64,000 nucleotides of DNA, from positions 15,810,001 through 15,874,000 of the forward strand of contig NC_079170.1 in NCBI RefSeq assembly GCF_947568905.1, read 5' to 3'. Below, one piece after another: positions 1 through 11,819 of the stretch. Positions within the stretch are counted from its first letter, which is position 1. Each line of letters opens with the position of its first letter. The position numbers were made by a program, and so were the translations under genes. Under the pieces are notes generated by a model that had not been told where the DNA came from, did no database searches, and saw nothing but the letters and a program-made list of their open reading frames with translations. This DNA comes from Ostrea edulis. Its lineage: Eukaryota.

Positions 1-1
1 G

Positions 2-1168
2 TACATTTGTTTTGAACATATGGGTAAGAATCGCAGCATCAATATTCTTGCCGTCTGCCAGGTATGGTCCAATTGTAGTTAGAAAATATCCAGTTGTTGT
101 GACTACAACCATAGCCTTAACCAACGGTCTCCCTTTATGTAAGCTATATGAACGTCTTTGGAATTGGAAGTTGTTACTCTTTTGGATGTAGATATAAGTT
201 CCATCTAACACCAAGACTGCTTCGGTATTACGAGAGGAACCAAACAAGGTATGTGCCAGGGATCTAGTGTGCTTATCAATAACCTCTTCACGGGAGATGT
301 GTTGGAGACCCAGGTTTTGTGGAACAAATGAACACACAAGAGATTGTCTTACAGAAGCTATGGCTCGGCGCAAACTCGATTTTGAGATATTGAAAATGGT
401 AGACAACATTTTGTTTGACAGTCCAGATTTCAGTTTGAATAAAAAAATTCCAAGTGAGGTGCGGGTACTGCGAACTGGTGTGTTCCAGACATCTTTGAGT
501 GATGCGCACAGTTCACTAAATGCATCTTTGCATATACCTGTTAAGTTCAAATAGTCACTTTCAGTGAGATTAGCCAAATCAAAATCAATCCTGTAACTAT
601 TATGGAAGGCGACAGTCCTCAAACGTTTTAGGAGATCCAAAATAGTAGACCTGTTTAGCAATGAGGTCTTGTTTGCTTTTATTTTTGACCATACATCTGT
701 CTTGAATTGACCATCATCCAAATGGTTTGGACAACATCTACTGCCAGCTGGTATTATAATTTCACAGTTCAAAAATACCCGAAATCTTGCATTTGGTGGG
801 ACCACGACCATTTTTGGTCCCGGGTGCTTACACAAAAAGCAATGCGAGTGGCTCTTTGATGTAGATGGAATACACAACGAGACAGATGGGGGACTTGTGA
901 GTACACTACTAGATCTAGGACGTTTCGGTGTTGGGCAGTAGTTGTCGTCAGCTCCTTCTTCCGATTTAGAATCTGTAGATTTTCTGTCCGAAGCGTAGTA
1001 TTTGTGTCTACATGCATTGCACAATGTGTCATGTTCATGTTTGACAGAGACAAAAAAGTGTTTTTGTAGAAAGCGAATTTCAGGTTTAGTTATTTTCCTT
1101 CTTTCTCGTGGCTTTGTTCTTTTGTTGCATAAAACACATGGAAAATACTTAGGTCCTGTTCCAGGCAT
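2..1168 (-). CDS. DDE transposase of the PIF/Harbinger/ISL2EU group (DDE_Tnp_4-like), N-terminal 389 codons; runs off the window edge
   Basis: Manual translation from ATG at 1168 is open to the window start (MPGTGPKYFPCVLC...). It contains Cys/His clusters (CFLC...CCPNH, THAP-like), an HTH-like segment (LGIFLFKLKSGLSNKMLSTIFNISKSSLRRAI) and VLDGTYIYIQKSNNFQFQRRSYSLHKGRPLVK...GPYLADGKN. It is missing from the ORF track because it has no stop codon inside the window. Confidence 0.88.
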   Translation of the reverse strand, partial: MPGTGPKYFPCVLCNKRTKPRERRKITKPEIRFLQKHFFVSVKHEHDTLCNACRHKYYASDRKSTDSKSEEGADDNYCPTPKRPRSSSVLTSPPSVSLCIPSTSKSHSHCFLCKHPGPKMVVVPPNARFRVFLNCEIIIPAGSRCCPNHLDDGQFKTDVWSKIKANKTSLLNRSTILDLLKRLRTVAFHNSYRIDFDLANLTESDYLNLTGICKDAFSELCASLKDVWNTPVRSTRTSLGIFLFKLKSGLSNKMLSTIFNISKSSLRRAIASVRQSLVCSFVPQNLGLQHISREEVIDKHTRSLAHTLFGSSRNTEAVLVLDGTYIYIQKSNNFQFQRRSYSLHKGRPLVKAMVVVTTTGYFLTTIGPYLADGKNIDAAILTHMFKTNV

Positions 1169-1644
1169 TCTAAAATAAACGAATATTCAACTTTATCTAT
1201 ATTTGATGGTTTACGCGGTTTATAATATCGTTCAGCAGCTGTCTTTACATTGCACGCATTTCTACACATCTTCGTAATAAAATGTTATAATGATTACTTA
1301 TAATTAAGCTCAGCGTTTAACATTATATCGGATATACATACTGAAATGTACAGCTTAATTTACTGTACTGTGTACTAATCAGGGAAAGGAGTTGTCACGC
1401 GTAAAAAGGGGGGTGTGTGAAGAATTTTTACCGGTGGGGTGGGGATTGCAATCCCCAAACAAATCTACCACTGCTTTTGAATTCATTAATCAAAACTAAT
1501 TAACCAATTTCATACACAGAAAACAATATCATATTTTTCGTAATATACAGATTATTTTGCGTGGTAATCAAAACTGATTTCTTGCTTCTTAAATAACTTT
1601 ATACATTTCTGGTTACTCGTATATATTGGGGAAAAAAATACAGT

Positions 1645-1710
1645 TGTCAGGGGATTCAAACTACGGACCCTTCGCTTGTAGATCTAGTGCGTTAACCACT
1701 GCGCCACTGT
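1645..1710 (-). mobile_element. tRNA-derived SINE head or tRNA pseudogene
   Basis: The minus strand reads GTGGCGCAGTGGTTAACGCAC...GTAGTTTGAATCCCCTG, with A-box-like and B-box-like elements. The anticodon arm does not pair. Confidence 0.55.
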
Positions 1711-3872
1711 GACTTACTTTTTTGCACGTATAAGTTATATATAACTCTTTATTAAGCTACAATTTATATATAATATGTCTGTAATATTCAACAAGATTTT
1801 TTTTGTATCATAAACATTACGTTGTAGGTAAGTATTTTGATATTATCTACGAACATACAACATTAATTTCATATTTATATTTATCTGCACGGCTTAGTTA
1901 TAGATCTAAATAGGCTCGTCTTGTAACAAGAACTTCAATCGTCTGCGAAATCCTATAGGCCTATCTTTAGGTTCACTAACTCGTTTTAAATGTTATATTT
2001 GGGGGATGGTTATTAAACATGGGAAAAATACGATACTGTACTTTACTCAAGATATCAAAGTATAATTCGATGATCATAAAACTAGCCCATGTACTGAGCA
2101 CGGCATGTTGACGCCCAGTCCCAGCCATTTGTTTACATGTCAGATGTATACATCGACGATCTGTCAAAACAGTGGCGGATCTGGTATTTTTTTTAAAGAG
2201 AGTGAGTGTTTAAAGGCTTTAGAATTTTATTTCACACCCTTTCCGCAGCATTTCTTCTAAAGGTTGGTAAAAAAAAGAGTTAAAATGGGGGCTAGTGATT
2301 CTTGACCAACACTCCAAATTGCTATTCCTAAAACCTAAGACGAAATCTAGGTACCGCAGTATACCGTATAGGCCTATCTAGAGCAAAAAGGGACTGAAAT
2401 GTTGATCATATGTTTTTATATATAAAGCCAAGTCGTTAAATAATAAATTTAGGTAACAAACTGTAATCACTTACCTATTAACTCTGGAATTCTGGAGGAA
2501 TTGTTGTTTTAAAAATTCGTGCCGCTGAATCCGGTCCGTTTACGGTTTTGATTTTATAAATTATAACAAGAACTATTTAATTAATTTCGATATGAGCAAG
2601 ATTACAACCACGAAAAGTTTTATACAGAAAAATATTGTGTATTCAGACAACTCATTGTCCAAATATCGTCATGGTTTACGTTATTGCTCGTAGTAAAATA
2701 AGTTCAATTCAAATGCTATGTTGATCGAATTATCTCCCTATGATTGTAGAGCGCTTTCATGTTTACATTTATGTGACAGTTAAACATCAATGTATCGGCG
2801 AAATAAAAAGAACACAAGAAGATAATTGGTGTCTTTTAATTATTTTATTAGCATATTCAACATTTAAGATAAATTGGACCTAAAAGCAAAGACATACACT
2901 GTCCAAAAATCAATGTTGAACTGATTATTGTCATCACATAATTCGACGATGATCATCCGAAATCTATATTTCATTCCTCGATCATAGATGTACATAAAAC
3001 TTTTCAAAATAATTGGGATATAATTATGCTTTGAGATCCTATGTGAAAATCTATCATTTTATAATGTTTTATAAGGACACGTCTATTTTTTAAATGAGAA
3101 ACTATCATCATTCGATAAATTATGTCTGTGAAAGACCTAAAACAAGAAATTTACGTATGACCACTGTCATCGAACAAATTGAATCCAACATTCATTTGTG
3201 CAGTTTTCATTTCTTTACCCATGTCAGAATTTTTAATTTGTTCGTTGAATGTGGCCAAACTGAAATTTTGAATCAAAGTTCCAAAATTTGTCATTTTTAG
3301 AGAAAAATGTGCAAACGTCACGTGTTATGACATCTACGGCACAGTTATGACGTCACAGAATTAACATTTTGATATGAATATATTTACTACGATGTATATT
3401 GACAATATTTAGTGCAATATTTGTTTGTTAAGTTTCAGATAATTTTTCATAAAAATACAGGGCGATTTTGACCTTTCGTGGCTCTAGCTCTTTATGGTAT
3501 CCTCTATTTGATGCTTTCAACTTCATGAATGAGCAAAGTTCAATAGCTGTATAATCAAATTCTATTTTTCTGCTGATCGTTGCTGGTAATGAACTTTGCC
3601 TTTTGGCATCCTCTTAGAATGTACCACCCTTATGGAAAACAGCTAAAGGAACATACGATGTTATCATTACTATACACTCTATGTAACACTCCAACAAAAG
3701 TTCCAATAAGTAATACAGTTACCATTTAGATATTGAATAAATCTCTGATATTATTCACAATTGATTGATTGGCAATCATTGATTTGTACACAGTGGGGTG
3801 TTTATCACGATCCTGCATCTGCCTCTCTTGGAAATTATACTGCAGAAATGAATACCAGCTGGAACATAATAC

Positions 3873-5129
3873 TCAATATATATCATTCATTGAATTATTC
3901 ATAACATTGTCCGGTCGTTTTTCAAGTTCATAATATCTTTTGCTTTCATCACCTCCTCTTCGTGCTGCATTGTCGTTAAGATAACTCCCCGCTGATGATC
4001 GGCTACTTCCCCTTGAAGTTTTGTTGGTGATAGAATTATCTGAGGCACTACTCGTTCTTGAACTTGGTTTCTGAATGAAGCTTGTTGAATGAAAGTTGTA
4101 CACTTTATCACTGAGTTCATGATATACGTTCGAGCTCCTCGATCGGACACTTGTCGGGCTCTTGTCGTAAAGTGATGGTACTTGTGTTGCTTTTACAGCC
4201 ATCTGTTAACGAAAAATGTACGCGTCTACATATATCAGTAATTTAATATCTTACAATACTTCAGAGAGAGTTGTATATTACCTGAAATGATGCAAACATA
4301 CTCTTTCTCAATAAAGATCTATAATCTTTCAGTCTGTTTTAACTTCATTACCACGTGTTTCATGAGAGGTCTTAAAGTTCATGATTTTCAAACAAACTGT
4401 TAAGTCTATGCTAGCTAAGATAAGAAATTATAGTTCTTTTTACCTTGACAGTGTCTTCGACATCACTATACACATGAAAATTATCCAAAATGATTGCTTG
4501 ATTTGGGTTACTAAACATAGGTGGTGTTTGTGTGTTGCCTCTGCTAAAATATAAAAGATATTTTCCTTTTACACAGTTCGCAATATTCTGAAGGTACATC
4601 CACCGAAATAATTGATTAAAAAAAGAGCACAGAAAAAGGAATTGATTCTTTGTTTTCAAGTGACATAATGAGATAAACGGAGAAAGGAAGATATAATGAC
4701 ATCCTTCTCAGATACTGACTGTGATCTGTGCTTGTACCATCGTATGGTCAAAGTAAGTAAGATACCAACGACACAACCTGCTATTCCGCAGCTGAAGGCC
4801 AGAATCCAATCTAGACATAAGTTTGAAATGAAAATTTTAATAACCATACATACATTTATTTGCATTCATATTAATATTTACTCCTTTTTGTTTACATCAT
4901 ATCCATTTCAGGTTGATAAGAAGAAAAAAAATCCACGTATTTGAACAAAATGCATTCAAAATGTGAATGTTTACTACTAAATAATTATAAACGATAAAGC
5001 CTTATTTGACAACAGTTTGGCTGTTAAGGACTATTTTTTGTTGTGGAGAAATTTTGTAAAGATAACACTAAAAACTTTGATATCTTTTAATTATCAAACA
5101 GTGCGCTTTGGCAATTTGTTAATGAAAAG

Positions 5130-5197
<68 letters not shown>

Positions 5198-7458
5198 AAG
5201 ATATATCAAAGAGCACCAAGGTAAATTTTACAAATCGTGAGATCGTAATCTAACTAACTTTTAATTATGCAATATTTGCATAAAGTAGAATTTGTATAAT
5301 GAAATACTCGTCCTCTCTTTACATATAAAGGATTACCTGGATGGTTTGTTAAATCACTAATGCTTGAAACGCCAATTACAGTGATATTTTCTGCAAAATG
5401 ATACATAAGCAAAATGATACATCAACAATTTTTAGATCAAAGGTGAAGATAACGAACAGTGATCAATCTCATAACTCCTATAACCAATACAAAATAGATA
5501 TTTGGGCAAACACGGACCCCTGGACACACCAGAGTTCGGATCAGGTGCCTAGGAGGAGTAAGCATCCCCTGTCGACCAGTCACACCCGCCATGAGCCCTA
5601 TATCCTGATCAGGTAAACGGAGTTATCCGTAGTCGAAATCAGGATGTTAGGAGGGGCCTAACAATCGATATAAAACACGTCAGACAACATTTGATCCAAT
5701 GATAGGTTGTATTGATGGACTAGATCGTTATAACGACCATAGAATTTGCAAAATGCTGACTTCAATCGATGCTGTTGAAACTGGATCGCACGCACACGTA
5801 CGAATGCATACACATTACACACATTCTTTTTTTTTTAATCTGAGTACAATTTCAAACTCTGAACACTTTCTTGATTTTTTTCAGCCGTGTTTCTGGTCTT
5901 CGTCAGGCGTGAACCACAATTTGGATGGCTATGAACACCAAGAATTTTGATGGTTTTCTACGTCCCTCAACCTTCATAAATCGAGAGGCTGTGTATTCGA
6001 GCCATGTTCGCGCCATGATACAACAATTTAATATACTCCTTACTATATTCCTTACTATACCTAGGATATCGGTAAGATTGCTTCTTCGCCAAGCGCTTAA
6101 CACTTAGTGAGAATCATGGGCCTTTCGGATATGACATTAAAAACGGAGGTCCCATGTCACGGCAGGCGTTGGCAAGTTAAAGCACACTTACTGCCACGGC
6201 CCTGAGCGCTAACCATAAGTCTAAATCTGTTGTATATAATCTACAGCTGAATGTGTGTATCAGTATATCAGGAAAACATTCTCGACGAGACGTAAAACAA
6301 ACAATAAATTAATTAATTCATACAACGACACATAAAAAAGATTGTCTTTGAAAAACTTACCATTTTGATCTCTTAAATCACAGGTTATAGAGATCCAGGT
6401 CATTATGCACTTTGATATATTACAGTGTTTTGCGTTGAAAATGGAGGTGTTACTTCGTTGGTTCAACAGAAGCTCTAGGGTGTAGCTGACACAATGTGCC
6501 TCATCGTGTAAAGAATTGTTACTTTCAAATTGGCCGCTGCAGTTTATTGTACAGACCCTGGCTATAGAAATAAAGAAATACAGTGTTTAACGAATTTCCG
6601 AAGCTTAAGTTAAAATAATAATTACTGGTGAATGCAATATCTAAAATGATTTAGTTTGAACCATTTTCTTGAAGTTTGTCGTAAGGGCAGCGTTGTTGTG
6701 ATAATTCGTCGTGAATGTTGATTGCATCCTCAAAGCACCAGTTGCTTTTAAACCTGGGAAGTGGAATTCAGAAATCATCGTTAGGGTAACTGGGAATCAA
6801 ATTTAAAGGAAATCCATGGGTGCATATTTAAGTATGTCAATGAATTTTAGAAAGTATGGAACTCACGACGGCAAGAGAGTTGATGACATAGAGAATATAC
6901 CGCCTCCCGCTATCTTGACCCAAACCAATAAATCTGAAATAAATGTTGTCAAGAAATACTTACATATTATGAATTTATAAATGACAAGCTTGCCATATAT
7001 ATAAAAAAATTGTAGGATGACAACAATATGATTTGTATAAGATCTGCATGTTTTCAAAAGAAAACGACCCTGGATGTTGAGGAATGCAATAAAATGTTGT
7101 GCAGAAATTTCTATTTTTATATTCAAGCAACAATATAGTGTCGATACATGTATATTTATTAAAATCTCTACGTTCAGAATAAAGATGACTGCAAAACAAA
7201 GCATATATACTAAAGTATTAATAATATAAGCTTGGAAAAAATGAAACGCCTCATGATATATTACTCAGTTCTTTTGATTTCGTACTTTACCATGAATGGT
7301 AAATTCTAATAGAATTATGGATAAATTTAATCAGTGCATTCCAAAAAACTGATACATTTTTCATTATTAAATTGACTAGGAAAAATATATTTCCTGATCT
7401 TCAGGTAATTGATTAAATGACACCAATAGTGAAAAAATTGGGGTTTTGTGGGGGGAAG

Positions 7459-7506
<48 letters not shown>

Positions 7507-8930
7507 GTTATCGATACAGTATGTATGAAATGTGAAGATAACGAACAGTCCCTTATGTAGTATACATATATCCCTGTGAGTTCGAAGCAAAAGACACCAC
7601 TGAGTCGTCCACTTCTGCTTCATACTTAGATATTTTATTGAAAGTAGACATTAATGGCAAACTGACTGCTCAACTGTATATGACAAACGGGATGATTTCA
7701 GCTTCTCCATCGTCAACTTCCCATATTTATGTAGCAATATTCCATTATCACCTGCATATGGTCTTTATATCTCTCAATTGATTTGATAGGCAAGAGCTTG
7801 TTCTGTATTTGGTCAGTTTTTAAATCAAGGCCAGTTACTGACAAACAACTTGATGGTACAGGGGTTTCAACAGTCTCGATTGAAGTAGCATTTTGCAAAT
7901 TCCATGGTCGTTATAACGAACCAGTTCGTCAATACAACCTATTATTGGGTCAAATGCTCTCTGACGTGTTTCATACAAATTGTTAGGTCGTTCTTGGCAC
8001 ACTGATTTTGACTACGGATAACTCCGTCTACCTGATAAGGATATAGGGCTCACGTCAGATGAGACCTGTCGACAGGGATGCCTGCTCCTCCTAGGCACCT
8101 GATACCACTTCTGGTTTGTCCAGGGGTCCGTGTTTGCCAAACTCTGTATTCTGTATTGTTTATAGGAGTTATGAGATTGATCACTCTCCCTACCAAACCC
8201 TAGCTTGTTTCTGCTATAATGATATATTTTACATTAAAATTGATGACGAATTTACTGAATGCCAACACTGGATTTTCACTCAAATCTTTCGTCTTGCATA
8301 AATAGACACGAAGTTCGGTGTTTATATGACCGTATCTTTTTGTTTTTGATGTATATACTATGTACATTTATAATAAATATATCAATTTTTGCCGTGCATT
8401 TTTCAGGCAAATCTTTATGATATTTCATTAAACTTCACCTAAATGGATTTCCCGCTATTTTCTGCAGCCATGAAATTTGCTCTTGATGTACAAAAAATAG
8501 TGTGCCCGTTTTATTTCATAGAATTAACACTATCGACAAACAAATAAATAAACATAACACATTCAACATGGATTGAATATTCCTTTGCGCGTGGAACAAA
8601 AATGAAAAATTTGTCAATGCCCTCGAGAAATTGATTCATTTATGACTTTGCAATCAATATGATTGTGTCCATATTTATACGCTTAGTTATGCTTAGTTGT
8701 ATAAGATATGTCATCATTTTATTTTATAATCCTCCCTTAAAATCTAACCACCCACTGTCGGTTATGTTTGATTACAATTATGATGCTCTCACTGTGCGAG
8801 AAATACAAACCTAGAATTGTTAGAAGCTACTGCGTGAACAGAAAGATTCATTTTCAACTTTTTAATTTTTACACTTTATTTCTAATTAGTGACAATTGTA
8901 CTTACATAAACATCGCCTTAGATATGTCAT
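3873..8930 (-). CDS. Gene A1: single-pass type I membrane protein, Cys-rich ectodomain plus Tyr-motif tail, about 301 aa, 7 exons
   Basis: Exons: 8930-8906, 6933-6867, 6753-6662, 6561-6361, 4810-4720, 4543-4444, 4202-3873. All introns are GT-AG with phases 1,2,1,1,2,0 and the frame is open throughout: MTYLRRCLYLLVWVKIAGG...WCFEDAINIH...RCP...VCTINC...HCVSY...HCNISKC...TC...DWILAFSCGIAGCVVGILLTLTIRWYKHR...VYSDV...VYHEL...YYEL...NDIY*. Confidence 0.85.
5135..5196. repeat. (TA)n microsatellite
   Basis: Direct reading; the paralogous copy at 26350-26400 is shorter. Confidence 0.95.
5440..5790 (-). mobile_element. Penelope-like retroelement 3' fragment (paralogous copy at about 26646-26996)
   Basis: AAGGTGAAGATAACGAACAGTGATCAATCTCATAAC...GGAGGAGTAAGCATCCCCTGTCGACC...; the reverse complement encodes the RT C-terminus also seen at 7620-7986 and 43478-43728. 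Confidence 0.7.
6090..6232 (+). mobile_element. Mollusc SINE fragment (Meta/MESC-type central domain; copy at about 27296-27438)
   Basis: GGGCCTTTCGGATATGAC...AAAACGGAGGTCCCATGTCACGGCAGGCGTTGGCAAGTTAAAG resembles 18085-18325 and 46045-46290. The family name is from memory and was not searched. Confidence 0.55.
7459..7508. repeat. (GT)n microsatellite
   Basis: Direct reading; the paralogous copy is at about 28666-28703. Confidence 0.95.
7560..8185 (+). mobile_element. Penelope-like RT C-terminal fragment in intron 1 of A1 (truncated copy at about 28745-29092)
   Basis: Encodes YLDILLKVDINGKLTAQLYDKRDDFSFSIVNFPYLCSNIPLSPAYG...FCKFHGRYNEPVRQYNLLLGQMLSDVFHTNC, with an internal stop. Confidence 0.8.
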
Positions 8931-9335
8931 TGTCTCTTTCCAAATATCGCCTCAATTGCTTAATTTTTACGATGGAAATTTCTAATAGTAAGGAAAAGGT
9001 ATTAACACAGCTTTTTACACATCAAAAGCCATGGAAAACACTGAACAAGTTCTTCCTGGTCAAACAAGATATATGCGAGTTTGTGGAATTACCCATCCAT
9101 GGAGTTAATACTGCGGAAGCAATTAAAAGTTAAATGTTTCTTTCCAGAGGTTAATGTTACATTATTTTTCTATTTCTATAGGAACCATATCTCCATCTAC
9201 ATCAGAAGCATTTGCAAAAGTCAGGAATCCTGCTATTTCTGTTAGATCAAGGGAAGGGATTATTCTCACTGCTGATAGATCACACAAAAGAGAATTTTCT
9301 TGTTCTATTTCATTTTTCACGGAATGGATGATAAA

Positions 9336-9860
9336 GTGAAGATAATGAACGGTGACCAATCTTATAAATACCATACGATTACAAAATTGAGAGTAGGTCA
9401 AATCCTTGGGTATACTAGGTGTGGGATCTGATGTCTAGGAGGAGTAAGCATCCCCTGTTGACTTGTGACACCCACCGTGAGCCCTATATTTGGATCAGGT
9501 CAATGGAGTAATCCGAAGTCAAAATCAGTATGTAAATGATGACCTAGCAATTAGTATGAAATACGTCAGACAGCGTTCTGCCGTATAATAGGTCGTACTT
9601 GCAAATTAGAACATCATAATGACATAGCATTTGCAAAGTGCTGACTTTAAACGAGACAGTTGAAATACCTGAAACATCAACATTACTTGTCATTAATCTC
9701 TCTCGAGTTAAAAATCGATCATACGCAGAAGATTTTTCCGCATATCAATCAGTTGAGAGATGTAAAAACCATCTTCAGGTGATGAGGGAATATTACTACA
9801 TGACTATGGGAAGGTGATGCTGGAATAGGTGATGTCATCCCGTTTGTCGTGAATTGATCA
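9336..9860 (-). mobile_element. Penelope-like fragment (paralogous copies at about 23043-23560, 30183-30700, 36668-37150)
   Basis: Same family as 5440-5790; it follows the 70-bp unit region in every paralogous block. Confidence 0.7.
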
Positions 9861-9904
9861 GATATGGAAGACTCTATTTTCTGATATTATCACCTACTTT
9901 CGGA

Positions 9905-10033
9905 AGGTCGGTGGTCTCTTCCCAGGTGCATTGTATCCGGGTTCTCTCTTCCACCAACAAAAACTGGGCGCCACCATATAACTGAAAAATTGTTGAATAG
10001 GGCGGAAAACATCAAATCAAATCAAATCAAATC
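9905..10033 (+). mobile_element. SINE 3' end with (AAATC)n tail (copy at about 30750-30878)
   Basis: ...TCCACCAACAAAAACTGGGCGCCACCATATAACTGAAAAATTGTTGAATAGGGCGGAAAACATCAAATCAAATC... It is absent from the paralogous blocks at about 23.6 kb and 37.2 kb, so it is a later insertion. Confidence 0.65.
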
Positions 10034-11109
10034 ATATTATCACCGGTGTTAGAACGACTTTACTCAATCTGAGAGAGTCATAGAGCTTTTTTGTCTTTCA
10101 CTGCTGCAACGTCTTTGATTGTTTATGTGATGACTATTTTGAATGACTTTTAGTGTCGGTCAAACAGTAATTAATGATCTTAGACGGATAGTCTAAAATT
10201 GTCAGTTAGATTTTAATGAAAGTGGTGAAAGTGCTGTTAGCAGTTCTCAAAAATGTGTAAAAGGGTATTTTCTAAAAGACTTCCGGATTCTTGACAATTA
10301 AATATAACATTTCTATTTCCCAATCCTAAACAATTTTTCATTCACTTAAGAAATGAAAGTTATAATTCTATATCTGATGCATGTATCAAATGAAAAACTG
10401 GACGGAAAACTTCTGAAAGGAAATTTTCCGTTTCACAATTTGTCAGCCGTATTGAATTTCTCGGTGCTTTTACCAACGCATGTATTGTACATGGTGTAGA
10501 AGATGTACACCAAAATGTGTACACCTTTGCATTTGATTACGAAAAGGTGTACACTTTGTGGTCGGTGTAGACAAATCAAGCACACCCTTAGTAAAGGAGA
10601 CTGTAAAACAACGAATTGCAATATATCAAATACATACCATACAGAATTCCGAAAATTCAAAAGGTTAAAATCTCGCTAAATTATAAAACTATGATATTTG
10701 ACATATATTGCGCTATCTTTCTTTGACAGACTAACTGCATACGTTAAGAATATAGACAATGTAACGCTATAATGTAAAGTTCATATCTTAATGTCAATGA
10801 TATTGACATGAGATGCATTGAAGGATATATTGCACTGGTCAATGAGAAACTACACACGAGTTATTGAAACTCGTAATTGTAGAATCCATGTCTATCGCAA
10901 CGGGGACTCTAATCCACGAGCTTAACTTCTCCAAGCGTGGGATGTAACTCTGATTTCAATAAATGCTCCATGGACCTCATCACCAATAAATAACATTTAG
11001 CCATGGGTGTATGTGTTCTTTTGTCCGCTCATTTGATTAGCTGATTATTAAGATTTTTACGCCCTCTCAAAAATGGAAAGGTCAAGCTAACAAACTGTTA
11101 TCGATGAAA

Positions 11110-11430
11110 GGTGAAAATAACGAAAAGTAATCAATATCATAACTCCTATAAGGAAATCAAAATAAAGAGTAGGGCAAACACGGACCTTTGGAACCAGGTG
11201 CCTAGGAGGAGTAAATATCTTCTGTCGACTGGTCACACTCGTTGTGAGCCCTATATCTCGATCAGACAAACGGGGTAATTTGTAGTCAGAATCAGTGTGT
11301 CACGATTGGTTTACCAATCGCAGAATTTGATGCAATGACAGTTTGTATAAACTATTGGCAAACTAGTTTGTTATAACGACCATAGAGTTGGAAAGATTGT
11401 GACAGTAAACGAGGCTGTTGAAACCCCTGT
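11110..11430 (-). mobile_element. Penelope-like 3' fragment (copy at about 31950-32270)
   Basis: GGTGAAAATAACGAAAAGTAATCAAT...GGTGCCTAGGAGGAGTAA...ATAACGACCATAG. Confidence 0.65.
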
Positions 11431-11819
11431 AGCATTTTTTGGAATGGCCGGATGTTTTTCACATGCTTCAATCATATACACTCTGGTCAATCTATTAGTG
11501 ATGGGCCTTTATCGTGCTAAAATCCTCTATGACATGGGATCTCAGTTTTAAATATTCGAAATACCCATGACCTATACTTTTAATGCCAAACACTAGGAAT
11601 AGTTACTACCCATATTTAACCATATGCATTCTCAATTTCTCATCAAACATCCTCACTACTGAAGAACACAATACATTGGTCTACATTTGCAAATCTAGAT
11701 CTTATGCTAAAAAGGGCTTCATACGGACGTCAAATCACAAAATCAAACAAACAATGCAGGATTTATGACATTTTACTGCACATATCTAAAGCTACGTATA
11801 AATCATAATGTTTGAACCT

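Noticed and set aside
267-1053. ORF-track ORFs 267-554, 288-509 and 769-1053
   Set aside because: They are antisense or off-frame shadows of the transposase frame at 1168-2.
1645-1710. Functional tRNA gene
   Set aside because: A and B boxes are present, but the anticodon stem and acceptor stem do not pair, so it is better explained as a SINE head or pseudogene.
3873-4543. Calling the tail motifs canonical ITIMs or ITAMs
   Set aside because: Most lack the hydrophobic residue at Y-2 and none has the YxxL-x6-8-YxxL spacing. They are reported only as Yxx(L/I/V) motifs, which could also be endocytic signals.
5017-5253. ORFs with IYIYIY or HTHTHT runs (also 7327-7623, 26233-26430, 28534-28818)
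   Set aside because: These are translations of (TA)n and (GT)n microsatellites.
9162-9401. 79-aa minus-strand ORF covering the 70-bp unit as a coding exon
   Set aside because: The paralogous blocks at 21-23 kb and 36.5 kb hit an early TGA because the 70-bp unit is not a multiple of 3, and the ORF lies upstream of the gene A start codon.
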